This document shows, one piece after another, positions 19,060 through 29,239 of a DNA stretch of 64,000 bases. This stretch comes from an uncultured Roseobacter sp. Its GTDB lineage: Bacteria > Pseudomonadota > Alphaproteobacteria > Rhodobacterales > Rhodobacteraceae. The position numbers and the translations under genes are program-made. How positions within the stretch are numbered: position 1 is the first letter of the stretch; each line of letters opens with the position of its first letter. The notes under the pieces are model-generated. The model did no database searches, had not been told where the DNA came from, and was given only the letters and a program-made list of their open reading frames with translations. The stretch lies in assembly GCF_947499265.1 (NCBI RefSeq), contig NZ_CANMNK010000005.1, positions 244,173 to 308,172 of the forward strand. Direction: 5' to 3'.

Positions 19060-22000
19060 GCCACCCTGCCGCGACGTACCAACATCACCGTTGCCGCGAC
19101 GCAATAGGCCGCGAAAACAACCAGCGCCGCTCCCGCAACAAACAGCGCAAAGGCAGCTGGCATATGCGGCCAGGCCTGCACAAGCGGGACGGCCTGTGTG
19201 ATCGCGGCGGGCAATGCGCCCTTCCAGATCGTCGCGCCCAATGTGACCACGCCCCAGCCCATCAGAACCGCCCAGATGAAGGCAAAGCCGATGCGCAGGC
19301 TGGTCACTGGCGCGCTTGCACTGCGTCGCATTGCCTGCACCTGCCGCGAGACATCATGCGAGACTGCGATCAATGCGGGCACCATCAGCAGAACCAGCAC
19401 AACACCGAAGCCCAGGCCATAGACCAGCGTGATCACGGTGGGTTTGAGGAACTGGGCCTGACGGCTGCTTTCATAAAGCAGTGGCGTCATTCCCAAAACC
19501 GTCGTCATTGTCGTCAGCATGACCGGGCGCAACCGGTCAGCGGCGCCATCGATGATGGAGGGGATCAGGCCCCGTTCCTCGGCGTATTCGTCGATTGTCG
19601 TGATCAAAACGATGGAATCGTTGATGATAATACCGGTCATGCCCAGCAGACCCACCACGGTGAACATGCTCAGCGGTATTTCCCAGACCACGTGCCCGTA
19701 GATCGTGCCCACCAGTCCGAAGGGGATGATCGACATGATCACAACTGGGCGCGACCAACTGCCAAAGATCCAGGCCAGCACCAAATAGATGCCCAGGAGG
19801 CACAGAATCAGCCCGCTGGCGGCATCGCTGAGAAAATTGCGCTCCTGCTCCGCCAGACCGGACAGGTACCACGACACCTGCCGTTCGCTGGCGATCTGCG
19901 GCAGGATTTCCTCGGACAGGGCCCGCTGGATTTCGCTGGCCTGCTCGGGATCATCCTCGGAGATATCCCCGGTGACCGAGATCACCCGCGTGCCGTTCCT
20001 GCGTTTGACCGATAGAAATCCTTCCAGGCTTTGCACGGTCACGATATCCGCCAAAGGCACGTAGACGCCTTCAGGCGTGCGCATCTGGGTCCGCTCCAGG
20101 AAATCCGACGTCAGCTCGCTTTCGGGCAACTCTACATAGATCGTGGCGCTGCGCAGCCCCTGAGGGTATTTAGCCGCCTCAATCCCGCCCAGCCGGTCGC
20201 TGAGCACACTTCCCAAGGCATCTGTCGTGAACCCCAGCGCCTGACCTTTGGCGGTCAGATCCAGGATCAGCTCCTCCTTGTCATAGGACAGATCGTCCTG
20301 AACAGCGAGCACCTCGGGGTACCGCATGAGCGCATCCTGCAGGTCCAGGCTGGCCTTTTTGAGCGTATGCGTATCACTGCCGGAAAACTGAACGCTCAAG
20401 GCATCGTCCCCTTGCCCGGACCGCCAGCCGCGAAAAGACAAGGTCTCAACCAGCGGATGGTTGACGATCCGGTCGCGCAGATCGGCGACAAAGGCAAAGC
20501 TGGAGTAGGGCCGGAGATCCGCATCAATCAATTCGATCGAAATCCCACCGAGCAGGTCGCGATCCTTCAGCCCGACGCCCTCCAGCCCGCGGCCCGCGTT
20601 GCCGCCCACCTCTGACAGCACGAATTTGATCGGGTTGGTGCCATATTCCTCGGCGTATTCCGCGCCGAGCTCTTCCGTTGCGCGCTGTAGCTCCCGCATC
20701 ATCGCGAGGGAATCCTCACGTGTCGCACCCTCGGTCATCGCAAAGTTACCGGTCACCGACCCGCGTTCTGGCGAATTGAAAAACCGCCATTGTACATCCC
20801 CGCGGATGAAAACCGCCGCCTGGCTGGCAAGCACTGCGATCAACCCGGCGATGACCACATAACGTGCGACGATCACCCCTGCCATGAAAGGGCGGAAGAT
20901 TTTCTCGCGAAACCAGTTTAAGCCGCGATTGACGAGCGTCGATGGCCAATCGATGCCCAGCGTGCCGACCCAACCCACAACGGCGGCCTTGCGGTCGCGC
21001 TTCAGCAGCAGAAAGACGGCCGCAATCACCGCAAGCGCAATGGCGCCGGTGACCACATCGCTCGCAAAAGGCACCTGCGCAAAAAATCTGTCCTCCGGCG
21101 CCAGCCACAATCTGCGCACAAATGCAGCGCCGCCCCCGACAAGCAGCACCAGAACGGCCAAAGCACCCGCCAGTTTGCCCCGCGAGAACTCGGGCGCTTT
21201 CGCACGCGACAGCGAATGCGCCATGTGGTTGGGCAGGATCAGGAAACACTCGACCAGAGAGGCGATCAAAACGGCGATCACTGTCAGTGGGATGTCGTGA
21301 ATGATGGTGCCAAACCGGCCCCCCACCGCCAGCAGGCCAAAGAAGGCAATCACCGTGGTCAGTGTGGCCGCAAACACCGGCATGGCCATCCTTCGGGCGG
21401 CGGTTTCGGCGGCAATGAAGGGTTCTTCCTTCAAATGCCGGGCGCGGTAATCTGCGTGTTCACCGACCACAATCGCGTCATCCACGACGATGCCAAGGGT
21501 GATGATCAGGCCGAAAAGCGAGACCATATTGATCGTGATCCCCCCCGCATACATCAGGGCAATCGCCGCCATCATCGCAGCAGGGATGCCTGCCGCGACC
21601 CAGAAGGCGGTGCGGGCGTTCAAGAACAAAAACAACAGCCCCAGGACCAACCCAAGGCCGACCAGACCGTTATCCATCAGGATATCAAGACGCCCGGAAA
21701 TCGCGGCGGCCCGGGTACGGATGAGCTCCACCGTCGAGCCTGCTGGCAGGGTCGCTTGCAGCTCCGCCGCGACTTTTTCAACGGTGGCCTGAATTTCGAT
21801 CGCATCGCCTTTGGCGGATCGATCGACACGGACCGAAATCGCCGGGTCCTCGCCAACAAAATAAGCGCGCGCGCGGTCGTTGCTCTCTTGCGTCACCGTT
21901 GCCACATCGCCGATTGTCAGCTTTGACCCGTCTGGGTTTGAGCGCAGCACGATCCCGGCAATCTGGTCCGGTTCCCGCTTTTCGGTACCGGTGCGCACCC

Positions 22001-22685
22001 GGGCATTTGCGCCGGTCACATCGCCCGCAGGCGTGGTATCGACCTCCGCCGCGATGGCCGATGCAATTTCGGCCATGGTGACATCGTGGGAAATCAACTG
22101 CGCGGTGGGCACTTCAACGGTCAAGCGCGGTGCCGCCACCCCCCGAATGGTTGCGCGGGTGATCCCCGCCGAAAAGAGCCGGTTGACGAATTCGTCGGCA
22201 AAAATCCCCAACTGCTGTGGTCCGACCGGCCCGCTGATCACAACGTCCGTCACGCGGTCACGCCAGGCGGCGCGCCGCACGGTGGAGATCTCCGCGCTAT
22301 CCGGCAGATCGGTGACCGAATCCACCGCATCCTGCACCTCACCCACTGCGCGTGACATGTCCCAATTCGGTTCAAAATTCAGCCTGATCTGGCTGCGCCC
22401 CTGCCGTGCGGTGGAATTTGTGCTCTCGACGCCTTCCACGGCGCGCAAGGTCGGTTCCAGCACCTGAACAATCGCCCGGTCCACGTCTTCGGCCCCGGCG
22501 TTTTTCCAGACCGTCGTGACCGTGACCCTGTCCAGAATGGTATCGGGAAAGAATTGCGTGCGCATGTTGGGCAGCGCGGCCAATCCTGCAACCACCATCG
22601 TCACAAGCACAAGGTTCGCGATGGTCCGGTGCCGGGTGAAATAGGAGAGGATACCGCTCGCAGTTCCGGGGAAATGCCGCGCCAT
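19056..22685 (-). CDS. RND efflux transporter permease (AcrB/AcrD/AcrF superfamily), unusually long (1209 aa)
   Basis: Typical RND N-terminus (FTRHRTIANLVLVTMVVAGLAAL) and two homologous halves with large periplasmic loops. Extra hydrophobic segments occur mid-protein and at the C-terminus. Confidence 0.88.
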   Translation of the reverse strand: MARHFPGTASGILSYFTRHRTIANLVLVTMVVAGLAALPNMRTQFFPDTILDRVTVTTVWKNAGAEDVDRAIVQVLEPTLRAVEGVESTNSTARQGRSQIRLNFEPNWDMSRAVGEVQDAVDSVTDLPDSAEISTVRRAAWRDRVTDVVISGPVGPQQLGIFADEFVNRLFSAGITRATIRGVAAPRLTVEVPTAQLISHDVTMAEIASAIAAEVDTTPAGDVTGANARVRTGTEKREPDQIAGIVLRSNPDGSKLTIGDVATVTQESNDRARAYFVGEDPAISVRVDRSAKGDAIEIQATVEKVAAELQATLPAGSTVELIRTRAAAISGRLDILMDNGLVGLGLVLGLLFLFLNARTAFWVAAGIPAAMMAAIALMYAGGITINMVSLFGLIITLGIVVDDAIVVGEHADYRARHLKEEPFIAAETAARRMAMPVFAATLTTVIAFFGLLAVGGRFGTIIHDIPLTVIAVLIASLVECFLILPNHMAHSLSRAKAPEFSRGKLAGALAVLVLLVGGGAAFVRRLWLAPEDRFFAQVPFASDVVTGAIALAVIAAVFLLLKRDRKAAVVGWVGTLGIDWPSTLVNRGLNWFREKIFRPFMAGVIVARYVVIAGLIAVLASQAAVFIRGDVQWRFFNSPERGSVTGNFAMTEGATREDSLAMMRELQRATEELGAEYAEEYGTNPIKFVLSEVGGNAGRGLEGVGLKDRDLLGGISIELIDADLRPYSSFAFVADLRDRIVNHPLVETLSFRGWRSGQGDDALSVQFSGSDTHTLKKASLDLQDALMRYPEVLAVQDDLSYDKEELILDLTAKGQALGFTTDALGSVLSDRLGGIEAAKYPQGLRSATIYVELPESELTSDFLERTQMRTPEGVYVPLADIVTVQSLEGFLSVKRRNGTRVISVTGDISEDDPEQASEIQRALSEEILPQIASERQVSWYLSGLAEQERNFLSDAASGLILCLLGIYLVLAWIFGSWSRPVVIMSIIPFGLVGTIYGHVVWEIPLSMFTVVGLLGMTGIIINDSIVLITTIDEYAEERGLIPSIIDGAADRLRPVMLTTMTTVLGMTPLLYESSRQAQFLKPTVITLVYGLGFGVVLVLLMVPALIAVSHDVSRQVQAMRRSASAPVTSLRIGFAFIWAVLMGWGVVTLGATIWKGALPAAITQAVPLVQAWPHMPAAFALFVAGAALVVFAAYCVAATVMLVRRGRVA

Positions 22686-22690
22686 ATCCC

Positions 22691-24148
22691 CTAGCCCCCG
22701 ATGCGGCTTTCGAGGCGCGCGACGACTTTTGCCGAAACCTCATGCTCCGCCAGTTTCGCCAGGACGCGTGCCTTGGCTTCCTTTGACATGGCATTGCTGC
22801 TTTCCACAAATGCCACCAGGCGCGCCCGGCGCTCCTCGCTCAATTCGAGCATATCCGGTGGCATGACTGGCGCCTCGCTGGCGCGGCGCGTGGCGCGCAC
22901 AGAAATTCCCGGCCCCAACAGCGGGGTTTGCGCGCTGACCACATCGCGCCCGATCAGATCCTCGCCGCGCACCAGCACGTCATCGCGTTGGCGTCTGACC
23001 AGCGTCACGATGATGGCTTCAAGCCTGTTGTCATCCCCCAGAACCAGAACCTCGCCCTGTGAATTTAGGGCGGAAGCCGGCAGGCGGACCACGTTTTCAA
23101 CCGGTGGCTCGACCACGCTCAACGACACGAAATCGCCCGGTCGAAACCCGGGCGCCTTGGTCAGCCGTGCAAAGATAAGACGCCCGGTCTGGATTTCATT
23201 GGTGGCGGCACTCACACGGCTCAGCGTGCCCGTCGCTTGCAAATCAACCCCTGTGACATCGAGTGTCGCGGTCACCGGCGCGGCGATCAGATCGCCCTGC
23301 GCATCCAGCAGCCGGGCATATTGCGCCGTGGAGACCCGAAACGAGACCTCCAGATCCTCGGCGTCAATCAAATCGGCCAGACGTTCGTTGGAAGCCACCA
23401 GCCGACCTTCGACCACCGAGGTGTCGCTGAGGGTGCCGTCAAAGGGCGCGCGGACGGTTGTGTCCTTCAGATTGCGCTGCGCCTCTTCCAGGGCAATGCG
23501 CGCGCGTGTCAGCCGAGTGGCGCCAAGATCGATGCGCGCCTCTGCCTGCGTGATCGCCTGACGCCGCGCCAGCACGGTCGCGCGGGCCGCCGCGGCGTCC
23601 AGTTCCGCCGTTTCGATCGCAGCTGCGGTGCCCACACCGCGCTCCTCCAGATCAACCTGCCGCCGGTAGGCTCTTTGCCGCAGGTCAGCCTGTTCCACTG
23701 CTGCTGCTTCTTCGTCACGGGCCAAATCGAGCGCGCGCGCGGCATCGCTGACCTCGGCCTGCGCATCAGCCAGATCCGCCTTTGCTCGGTCCAATACCGA
23801 TTGCATATCTGCAGGATTGATCCGCGCCAGGACATCACCCTTACGCACGGTCCCGCCCTCTTCGAAGGTTTCCGCCAGATAGATCACGCGACCGGAAACC
23901 GCCGCCCGCAATTCCAGCGTGCGACGCGACTTCACCTCGCCAAAGGTTTCGAGCAACGGGTTGAGCGTCTGGGCTTCGGCACGGATCAGATTGACGGCAA
24001 ACACGCGCTCCTTGGCCTCGGGCTTAAAACCCTGATCGGCCAGACGAAGCTGAATAGCCGTCCCAACCAGCTGCCCCGCATAGGCCAGTAGCCCAAGCGT
24101 CACAGCCGCTAAAAAAAGACCAATCATACTTTGGCGTAAAAACCGCAT
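22691..24148 (-). CDS. RND efflux periplasmic adaptor (membrane fusion protein, HlyD family)
   Basis: N-terminal anchor MIGLFLAAVTLGLLAYAG, a long coiled-coil (AQAEVSDAARALDLARDEEAAAVEQADLRQRAY...) and beta-barrel segments. It lies 5 nt upstream of the RND permease. Confidence 0.85.
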   Translation of the reverse strand: MRFLRQSMIGLFLAAVTLGLLAYAGQLVGTAIQLRLADQGFKPEAKERVFAVNLIRAEAQTLNPLLETFGEVKSRRTLELRAAVSGRVIYLAETFEEGGTVRKGDVLARINPADMQSVLDRAKADLADAQAEVSDAARALDLARDEEAAAVEQADLRQRAYRRQVDLEERGVGTAAAIETAELDAAAARATVLARRQAITQAEARIDLGATRLTRARIALEEAQRNLKDTTVRAPFDGTLSDTSVVEGRLVASNERLADLIDAEDLEVSFRVSTAQYARLLDAQGDLIAAPVTATLDVTGVDLQATGTLSRVSAATNEIQTGRLIFARLTKAPGFRPGDFVSLSVVEPPVENVVRLPASALNSQGEVLVLGDDNRLEAIIVTLVRRQRDDVLVRGEDLIGRDVVSAQTPLLGPGISVRATRRASEAPVMPPDMLELSEERRARLVAFVESSNAMSKEAKARVLAKLAEHEVSAKVVARLESRIGG

Positions 24149-24169
24149 TTCGCCGTTATCCTAATAACT

Positions 24170-24184
24170 TACTGCAGCGCAGTA
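24170..24184. promoter_or_regulatory. Inverted repeat TACTGC-agc-GCAGTA upstream of the RND adaptor gene
   Basis: Perfect 6-bp arms in the 92-bp gap between the moaB stop and the adaptor start. It could be an operator or a weak hairpin. Confidence 0.25.
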
Positions 24185-24240
24185 TAACCTAGTCAAACTG
24201 CGATGCATACCAACTCTAAAGGGTGATACGCACCAGATTG

Positions 24241-24783
24241 TTACTTCCGTCGGTGATGTTCATCCAGACGCGGGAAAATCTCCACGAAATTACAGGGCCG
24301 GTGGCGATAATCAAGCTGACGGACAAGAATCTCATCCCAGGCGTCCTTGCAGGCGCCCGGACTGCCGGGCAGAGCAAAGAGGTAGGTGCCATTTGCAACC
24401 CCGCCCGTTGCCCGGCTTTGCACCGCGCTGGTGCCTATTTTCTTCATCGAGACAATGGTGAAAACCGTGCCGAAGGCGTCGATTTCCTTTTCATAGACAT
24501 CGCGATGCGCCTCTACGGTGACATCGCGCCCGGTCAGCCCGGTGCCGCCGGTGGAAATGACCACATCGACGCCGCTGTCCTTGCACCAGGCACGCAATTG
24601 CGCCGCAATTTCATCGCGTTCATCGCGCAGGATACGCCGGTCCGCCAACTCGTGCCCCGCCGCCAGAAGCCGTTCGACCAGCACATCCCCGGACCGGTCC
24701 TCCGATAGCTCGCGGGTGTCAGACACGGTCAAGACTGCGATGCGCACCGGCACGAAGTCCTTGCTCTCGTCGATACGGCTCAT
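24241..24783 (-). CDS. moaB: Molybdenum cofactor biosynthesis protein B (MoaB/MogA family)
   Basis: IAVLTVSDTR...VVISTGGTGLTGRDVT...LPGSPGACKDAW. 180 aa from ATG 24783; the longer ORF-track N-terminus looks spurious. Confidence 0.85.
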   Translation of the reverse strand: MSRIDESKDFVPVRIAVLTVSDTRELSEDRSGDVLVERLLAAGHELADRRILRDERDEIAAQLRAWCKDSGVDVVISTGGTGLTGRDVTVEAHRDVYEKEIDAFGTVFTIVSMKKIGTSAVQSRATGGVANGTYLFALPGSPGACKDAWDEILVRQLDYRHRPCNFVEIFPRLDEHHRRK

Positions 24784-24784
24784 C

Positions 24785-25402
24785 TTATGCTTTCTCCAAA
24801 ACGGCAAGGCGCGCAGCCAATGCGGTAAAGATCCCCGCCGTGATCCAGTCCAACACGCGGCTGCCGCGGGCAAGCCGGTGGCCCAGTGACCCGGCGAACA
24901 CGCCGACCAGCCCATTAATCACAAAACCGCCAAGGCCAATGACCGCACCAAAAACGGCAAATTGCGCCAAAACCGGCCCGGCGCTGGGGTCAACGAACTG
25001 CGGCACGAATGCCAGGACAAACAGGATCACCTTGGGGTTTGTGAGGTTGACCAGCAACCCCGCGCGAAACGCGTGTCCCCTGGGTGGCACCATCGCGTCG
25101 TCAGTTTGGGGCGCCCCGCGCAACGCGCCAAAGGCCAGCCAGAGCAGATAGGCCACGCCGACCCAGCGGATGACGTCAAAGGCCAGCGGCATCGACGCCA
25201 CCACCGCGCTGAGCCCGGCGCCCGCCAGCAATACGTGGATCATGCCGCCCGTCGCGATGCCCGCGCTGGCCAGCCAGGCAGCACGCGGCCCGGACTTCAC
25301 CCCTTGCCCGAGACAGAACATCATATCCGCGCCCGGCGTGAGGTTCAGCGCCAAAGCCGCAGGCACGAAGGCCATAAGAGTGATCGGATCAACCATTGGC
25401 AA
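24785..25402 (-). CDS. LysE-family amino acid translocator
   Basis: 205 aa with 6 hydrophobic helices. N-terminal [14 protein letters not shown] motif. Confidence 0.8.
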   Translation of the reverse strand: MPMVDPITLMAFVPAALALNLTPGADMMFCLGQGVKSGPRAAWLASAGIATGGMIHVLLAGAGLSAVVASMPLAFDVIRWVGVAYLLWLAFGALRGAPQTDDAMVPPRGHAFRAGLLVNLTNPKVILFVLAFVPQFVDPSAGPVLAQFAVFGAVIGLGGFVINGLVGVFAGSLGHRLARGSRVLDWITAGIFTALAARLAVLEKA

Positions 25403-26168
25403 TCCGCGTCTTGAGGCTCAACAAATCTGCCCAGGCGTCGCGTTTGGCTGCGGGTTGTCGCAGCAAATAGGCCGGATGGAACATCGGCAGCGCTGGCAAG
25501 CCGAAACACTCCGTCCAGGTGCCGCGCAGCCGCGTGATGCCACGTTTGCCCAGCAAGGCCTGCGCACTGATATTGCCCATGATGACAAGGGCCTGCGGTT
25601 TTGCCAGGGCGATATGACGTTCCAGAAACGGACGCATCATGGCAATCTCCTGCGGCAGCGGATCGCGGTTTTGCGGCGGCCGCCACGGCAAAACGTTGGT
25701 GATGTAGACCGGCGCCGACGCGTGGTCGCGGCCCATATCAATTGCCGCCAGCATCTTGTCCAGCAACTGGCCCGCGCGTCCGACGAAGGGGCGGCCTTCG
25801 CGGTCCTCATCCCGCTCCGGCGCCTCACCGATGATCATCACGGACGCCCCCGGCACACCGTCGGAGAACACCAGATTGCGCGCGCCACGCTTCAACTCGC
25901 AATGCTCAAAAGCGCCCAGCGCCGCCTTGAGGCTCTCCAGATCCTGCGCTGCGGTGGCACTGCGCTGCGCTTCGGCAACGGGATCAACCTGCGGCGGTGG
26001 GGGAGCCGTTCCTGCAGCTACCTGCGCGGCCTTCTGCGTCTTCGGTTTTGCCAGCGTTTCGGGCAATTCGTAGCAATTGACCGGCGCATCGCAGATCGCC
26101 TCGGTCGCGCCCAGTTCGACCTGCCAATCCAAAAGCGCCAAGGCGTTGTGAAACTCTGCTGATTCCAT
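25389..26168 (-). CDS. Uracil-DNA glycosylase, family 4
   Basis: Motif [24 protein letters not shown] (compare GEAPG..E...G.PFVG.AG.LL) and the C-terminal HPAYLLR motif. Confidence 0.85.
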   Translation of the reverse strand: MESAEFHNALALLDWQVELGATEAICDAPVNCYELPETLAKPKTQKAAQVAAGTAPPPPQVDPVAEAQRSATAAQDLESLKAALGAFEHCELKRGARNLVFSDGVPGASVMIIGEAPERDEDREGRPFVGRAGQLLDKMLAAIDMGRDHASAPVYITNVLPWRPPQNRDPLPQEIAMMRPFLERHIALAKPQALVIMGNISAQALLGKRGITRLRGTWTECFGLPALPMFHPAYLLRQPAAKRDAWADLLSLKTRIANG

Positions 26169-26227
26169 GCAGGCATACTACGCTGGCCTGGCGCCGAACT
26201 GAACCACCCCTGCACATCGAAGCCCAG

Positions 26228-26256
26228 CTTGCCCGTGCCGCGCACCCTCCCTATAA
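26228..26256 (+). promoter_or_regulatory. Candidate sigma-70 promoter of pyrB
   Basis: CTTGCC (26228-26233), a 17-bp spacer, then CTATAA (26251-26256). This is close to the alphaproteobacterial CTTGAC-N17-CTATAT consensus and lies about 30 bp before the pyrB start. Confidence 0.4.
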
Positions 26257-26284
26257 GGTGGCAAATCACGATAGGTTGCCGCTC

Positions 26285-27232
26285 ATGACGTTTCCGCACC
26301 GCCACCTGCTTGGGATCGAGGCCCTGCGCCCCGAAGAAATCACCACATTGCTGGATCTGGCGGATCAATATGCAGCCCTGAACCGGCAATCCGACAAACA
26401 CGCCGACGTGCTGGCAGGGCTTACCCAGATCAACATGTTTTTTGAAAACTCGACCCGCACGCAGGCGAGTTTCGAGATTGCAGGCAAGCGCCTTGGCGCA
26501 GATGTGATGAACATGGCGATGCAGGCCAGTTCGGTCAAAAAGGGCGAAACGCTGATCGACACGGCGCTGACGCTCAATGCGATGCATCCGGATCTGCTGG
26601 TCGTCCGTCATCCGCATTCGGGCGCGGTGGACCTGCTGGCGCAAAAGGTCAATTGCGCGGTGCTGAACGCAGGCGACGGGCGGCATGAACACCCCACTCA
26701 GGCGCTGCTGGACGCCCTCACCATCCGTCGCGCCAAGGGGCGTTTGCAACGTCTGTCCATCGCGATTTGCGGCGATATCGCGCATTCCCGCGTCGCACGG
26801 TCCAACATCATGTTACTGGGCAAGATGGAAAATCGCCTGCGCCTGATTGGTCCACCCACTCTGATGCCCGCCGGCATTGCGGAATTTGGCGTCGAGGTCT
26901 TTGACGATATGCACGAAGGGCTGCGGGACGTGGATGTGGTGATGATGCTGCGCCTGCAAAAGGAGCGGATGGATGGCGGGTTCATCCCCTCCGAACGCGA
27001 ATATTACCACCGCTACGGGCTTGATGAAGACAAGCTCAAATCCGCCAAACCCGACGCCATCGTCATGCACCCGGGCCCGATGAACCGCGGCGTGGAAATC
27101 GATGGGACGCTCGCCGATGACATCAACCGCAGCGTCATTCAGGATCAGGTCGAAATGGGGGTGGCGGTGCGCATGGCCGCCATGGACCTGCTGGCGCAGA
27201 ACCTGCGGCTGACCCGCGCGGCCCCCGCATGA
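26285..27232 (+). CDS. pyrB: Aspartate carbamoyltransferase catalytic subunit
   Basis: [19 protein letters not shown]..., [32 protein letters not shown]. The start could also be GTG 26258. Confidence 0.92.
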   Translation: MTFPHRHLLGIEALRPEEITTLLDLADQYAALNRQSDKHADVLAGLTQINMFFENSTRTQASFEIAGKRLGADVMNMAMQASSVKKGETLIDTALTLNAMHPDLLVVRHPHSGAVDLLAQKVNCAVLNAGDGRHEHPTQALLDALTIRRAKGRLQRLSIAICGDIAHSRVARSNIMLLGKMENRLRLIGPPTLMPAGIAEFGVEVFDDMHEGLRDVDVVMMLRLQKERMDGGFIPSEREYYHRYGLDEDKLKSAKPDAIVMHPGPMNRGVEIDGTLADDINRSVIQDQVEMGVAVRMAAMDLLAQNLRLTRAAPA

Positions 27233-27774
27233 CGACACAGATTGAGATCAAGGCGCAGGAGCGCGGCGCGATCCGGGTTTTCGCGGTCAACAAGGCCCCT
27301 GGCGAGGTGGCGGAGGCGTTAAAGACCCTGCCGAAACCCGATCTGGCGCGAAGATTGCTGGGCAACCCACATCTTGACACCTCCACCACCGAAATCTTCC
27401 CCATGTCGGATCTGGCGGGCATGGGGTTGAGCGCCTATCTGACCGAAGGCTACGCGGTCGAAGACACCCAGATAGCGCCGGATCGCAGCAAACTGGATGC
27501 CCTGGAGGGATATGTCCTTTTACTCTTTTTAGACAGTTTCGCCGGAACGGATGTGACCCTGAAACCCGGTGGCGATCTGACGCTGATCGGAACCTACACC
27601 GAATACACCCCTCCCGCAGCAGGCGGATCGATCGCGACTGAAAGCGCCAAACCCTACAGCGGCGCGACCGGAAAATCGCCCCAACCGGGTGGTGGCAAAG
27701 GGTCCGGAAGCGCCGTGATCGTATTGGGCATCATTGCGCTGCTTGCGCTTGGTCTTTGGTGGATTTTGGGATGA
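27229..27774 (+). CDS. Hypothetical tail-anchored protein translationally coupled to pyrB
   Basis: 181 aa. ATGA overlap with the pyrB stop. Soluble N-domain, Gly/Pro-rich linker ([14 protein letters not shown]) and a single C-terminal TM ([19 protein letters not shown]). Confidence 0.6.
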   Translation: MTTQIEIKAQERGAIRVFAVNKAPGEVAEALKTLPKPDLARRLLGNPHLDTSTTEIFPMSDLAGMGLSAYLTEGYAVEDTQIAPDRSKLDALEGYVLLLFLDSFAGTDVTLKPGGDLTLIGTYTEYTPPAAGGSIATESAKPYSGATGKSPQPGGGKGSGSAVIVLGIIALLALGLWWILG

Positions 27775-27792
27775 AGATGCGGGGATTCCATC

Positions 27793-27894
27793 ATGAATGA
27801 TCCAAAAGACCCGAAAATGTCGGGGCGCATTGCGATGATCGCCTTGCTGGTCGCCTTTGGCGTTGTCGGCCTGATGATCTGGGTCGGCTCATGA
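27793..27894 (+). CDS. Possible 33-aa single-TM micro-protein
   Basis: My own translation: MNDPKDPKMSGRIAMIALLVAFGVVGLMIWVGS. It sits between the tail-anchored ORF and the pyrC-like gene. The only support is frame and hydrophobicity. Confidence 0.3.
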   Translation: MNDPKDPKMSGRIAMIALLVAFGVVGLMIWVGS

Positions 27895-27955
27895 GCGTGA
27901 CCGTGTCGGATATGAGAGTGATGCCCCTACGAAAACCCACCCGGAGCGTGGTGAC

Positions 27956-29239
27956 ATGACAAAAACAACTTTTTTGAACGCCCGTCTGATCGATCCGGAA
28001 AAGGACGAGATCGCGATTGGCGGACTGGTGGTCGAGGACGGGCGTATCACCAAGCTCCTGCCCAAAGATGCCCCACGCCTGACATCAGGGCGCGTCATCG
28101 ACTGCCATCTGAAATACCTCGCACCAGGGCTTGTCGACCTCGGCGTGAAAGTTTGCGAACCCGGGGATCGCCACAAGGAAAGCTATCGTTCAGCAGGCCT
28201 TGCCGCGGCGGCGGGCGGCGTGACCACAATGATCACGCGCCCCGATACGGAACCGGCCATCGACAGCCCCGAAACCCTGGAATTCGTGACGCGCCGCGCC
28301 AATGAAGCCGCCCCGGTGAACGTCATGCCCATGGCCGCGCTGACCAAAGGCCGTGAGGGTCGCGAGATGACCGAGATCGGGTTCCTGATGGATGCGGGCG
28401 CTGTGGCCTTCACCGACTGCGATCGGGTCGTCACCGACACCAAGGTCTTCTCGCGGGCGCTGACCTACGCGCGCAGTCTGGGCGCGCTGGTGATTGCGCA
28501 TCCGCAGGACCCCGGGCTCAGCAAAGGGGCCGCCGCGACCTCCGGCAAATTCGCATCCCTGCGCGGGCTGCCCGCCGTGTCCCCCATGGCCGAGCGCATG
28601 GCACTGGACCGTGACCTGGCCCTGATCGAGATGACCGGCGCACGCTATCACGCGGACCAGATCACCTGCGCCCGCGCCTTGCCCGCGCTGGAACGCGCCA
28701 AGGCGAACGGGTTGGATGTGACCGCGGGCACCTCCATCCACCACCTGACGCTGAATGCGCTGGACGTCGCGGATTACCGGACGTTCTTCAAGCTCAAACC
28801 GCCCCTGCGCGATGAACAGGACCGGCTGGCCGTGGCTGAGGCGGTGAAAACCGGGCTGATCGATGTGATCTCTTCGATGCACACCCCGCAGGATGAGGAA
28901 AGCAAGCGCCTTCCCTTTGAGGAAGCGGCCTCCGGGGCCGTGGCGCTCGAAACGCTTTTGCCCGCGGCCATGCGTCTTTATCACGCCGGGCTGATTGATC
29001 TACCTGTGCTGTGGCGGGCGATGTCGCTGAACCCGGCAAAACGTCTGGGGTTGGAGAGCGGGAGGTTGAGTGTTGGCGCCCCGGCAGATCTGGTGCTGTT
29101 TGACCCTGACGCGCCGTTTCTGATGGACCGTGCGACGCTGCGCTCCAAATCGCGCAACACCCCGTTTGACGGGGCCCGGATGCAGGGTAAGGTCCTGTCA
29201 ACCTACGTCGCCGGCACTTGCGTTTTTGAGAGGACCTGA
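27956..29239 (+). CDS. Dihydroorotase-like protein with degenerate metal site (PyrC-prime type, probably non-catalytic)
   Basis: 427-aa class-I DHOase architecture (GLVDL..., AAGGVTTM, DAGAVAFTD). The HxH site reads VDLGVKV and the DHAPH site reads SSMHTPQ. Confidence 0.8.
   Translation: MTKTTFLNARLIDPEKDEIAIGGLVVEDGRITKLLPKDAPRLTSGRVIDCHLKYLAPGLVDLGVKVCEPGDRHKESYRSAGLAAAAGGVTTMITRPDTEPAIDSPETLEFVTRRANEAAPVNVMPMAALTKGREGREMTEIGFLMDAGAVAFTDCDRVVTDTKVFSRALTYARSLGALVIAHPQDPGLSKGAAATSGKFASLRGLPAVSPMAERMALDRDLALIEMTGARYHADQITCARALPALERAKANGLDVTAGTSIHHLTLNALDVADYRTFFKLKPPLRDEQDRLAVAEAVKTGLIDVISSMHTPQDEESKRLPFEEAASGAVALETLLPAAMRLYHAGLIDLPVLWRAMSLNPAKRLGLESGRLSVGAPADLVLFDPDAPFLMDRATLRSKSRNTPFDGARMQGKVLSTYVAGTCVFERT

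Noticed and set aside
24149-24240. Molybdenum-cofactor riboswitch near moaB or upstream of the Moco operon.
   Set aside because: The regions upstream of moaB (it directly abuts the LysE-family gene) and of fdhD (11166-11212) are too short. The 24149-24240 gap lies downstream of moaB and shows only a 6-bp dyad, nothing resembling the large conserved Moco RNA motif.
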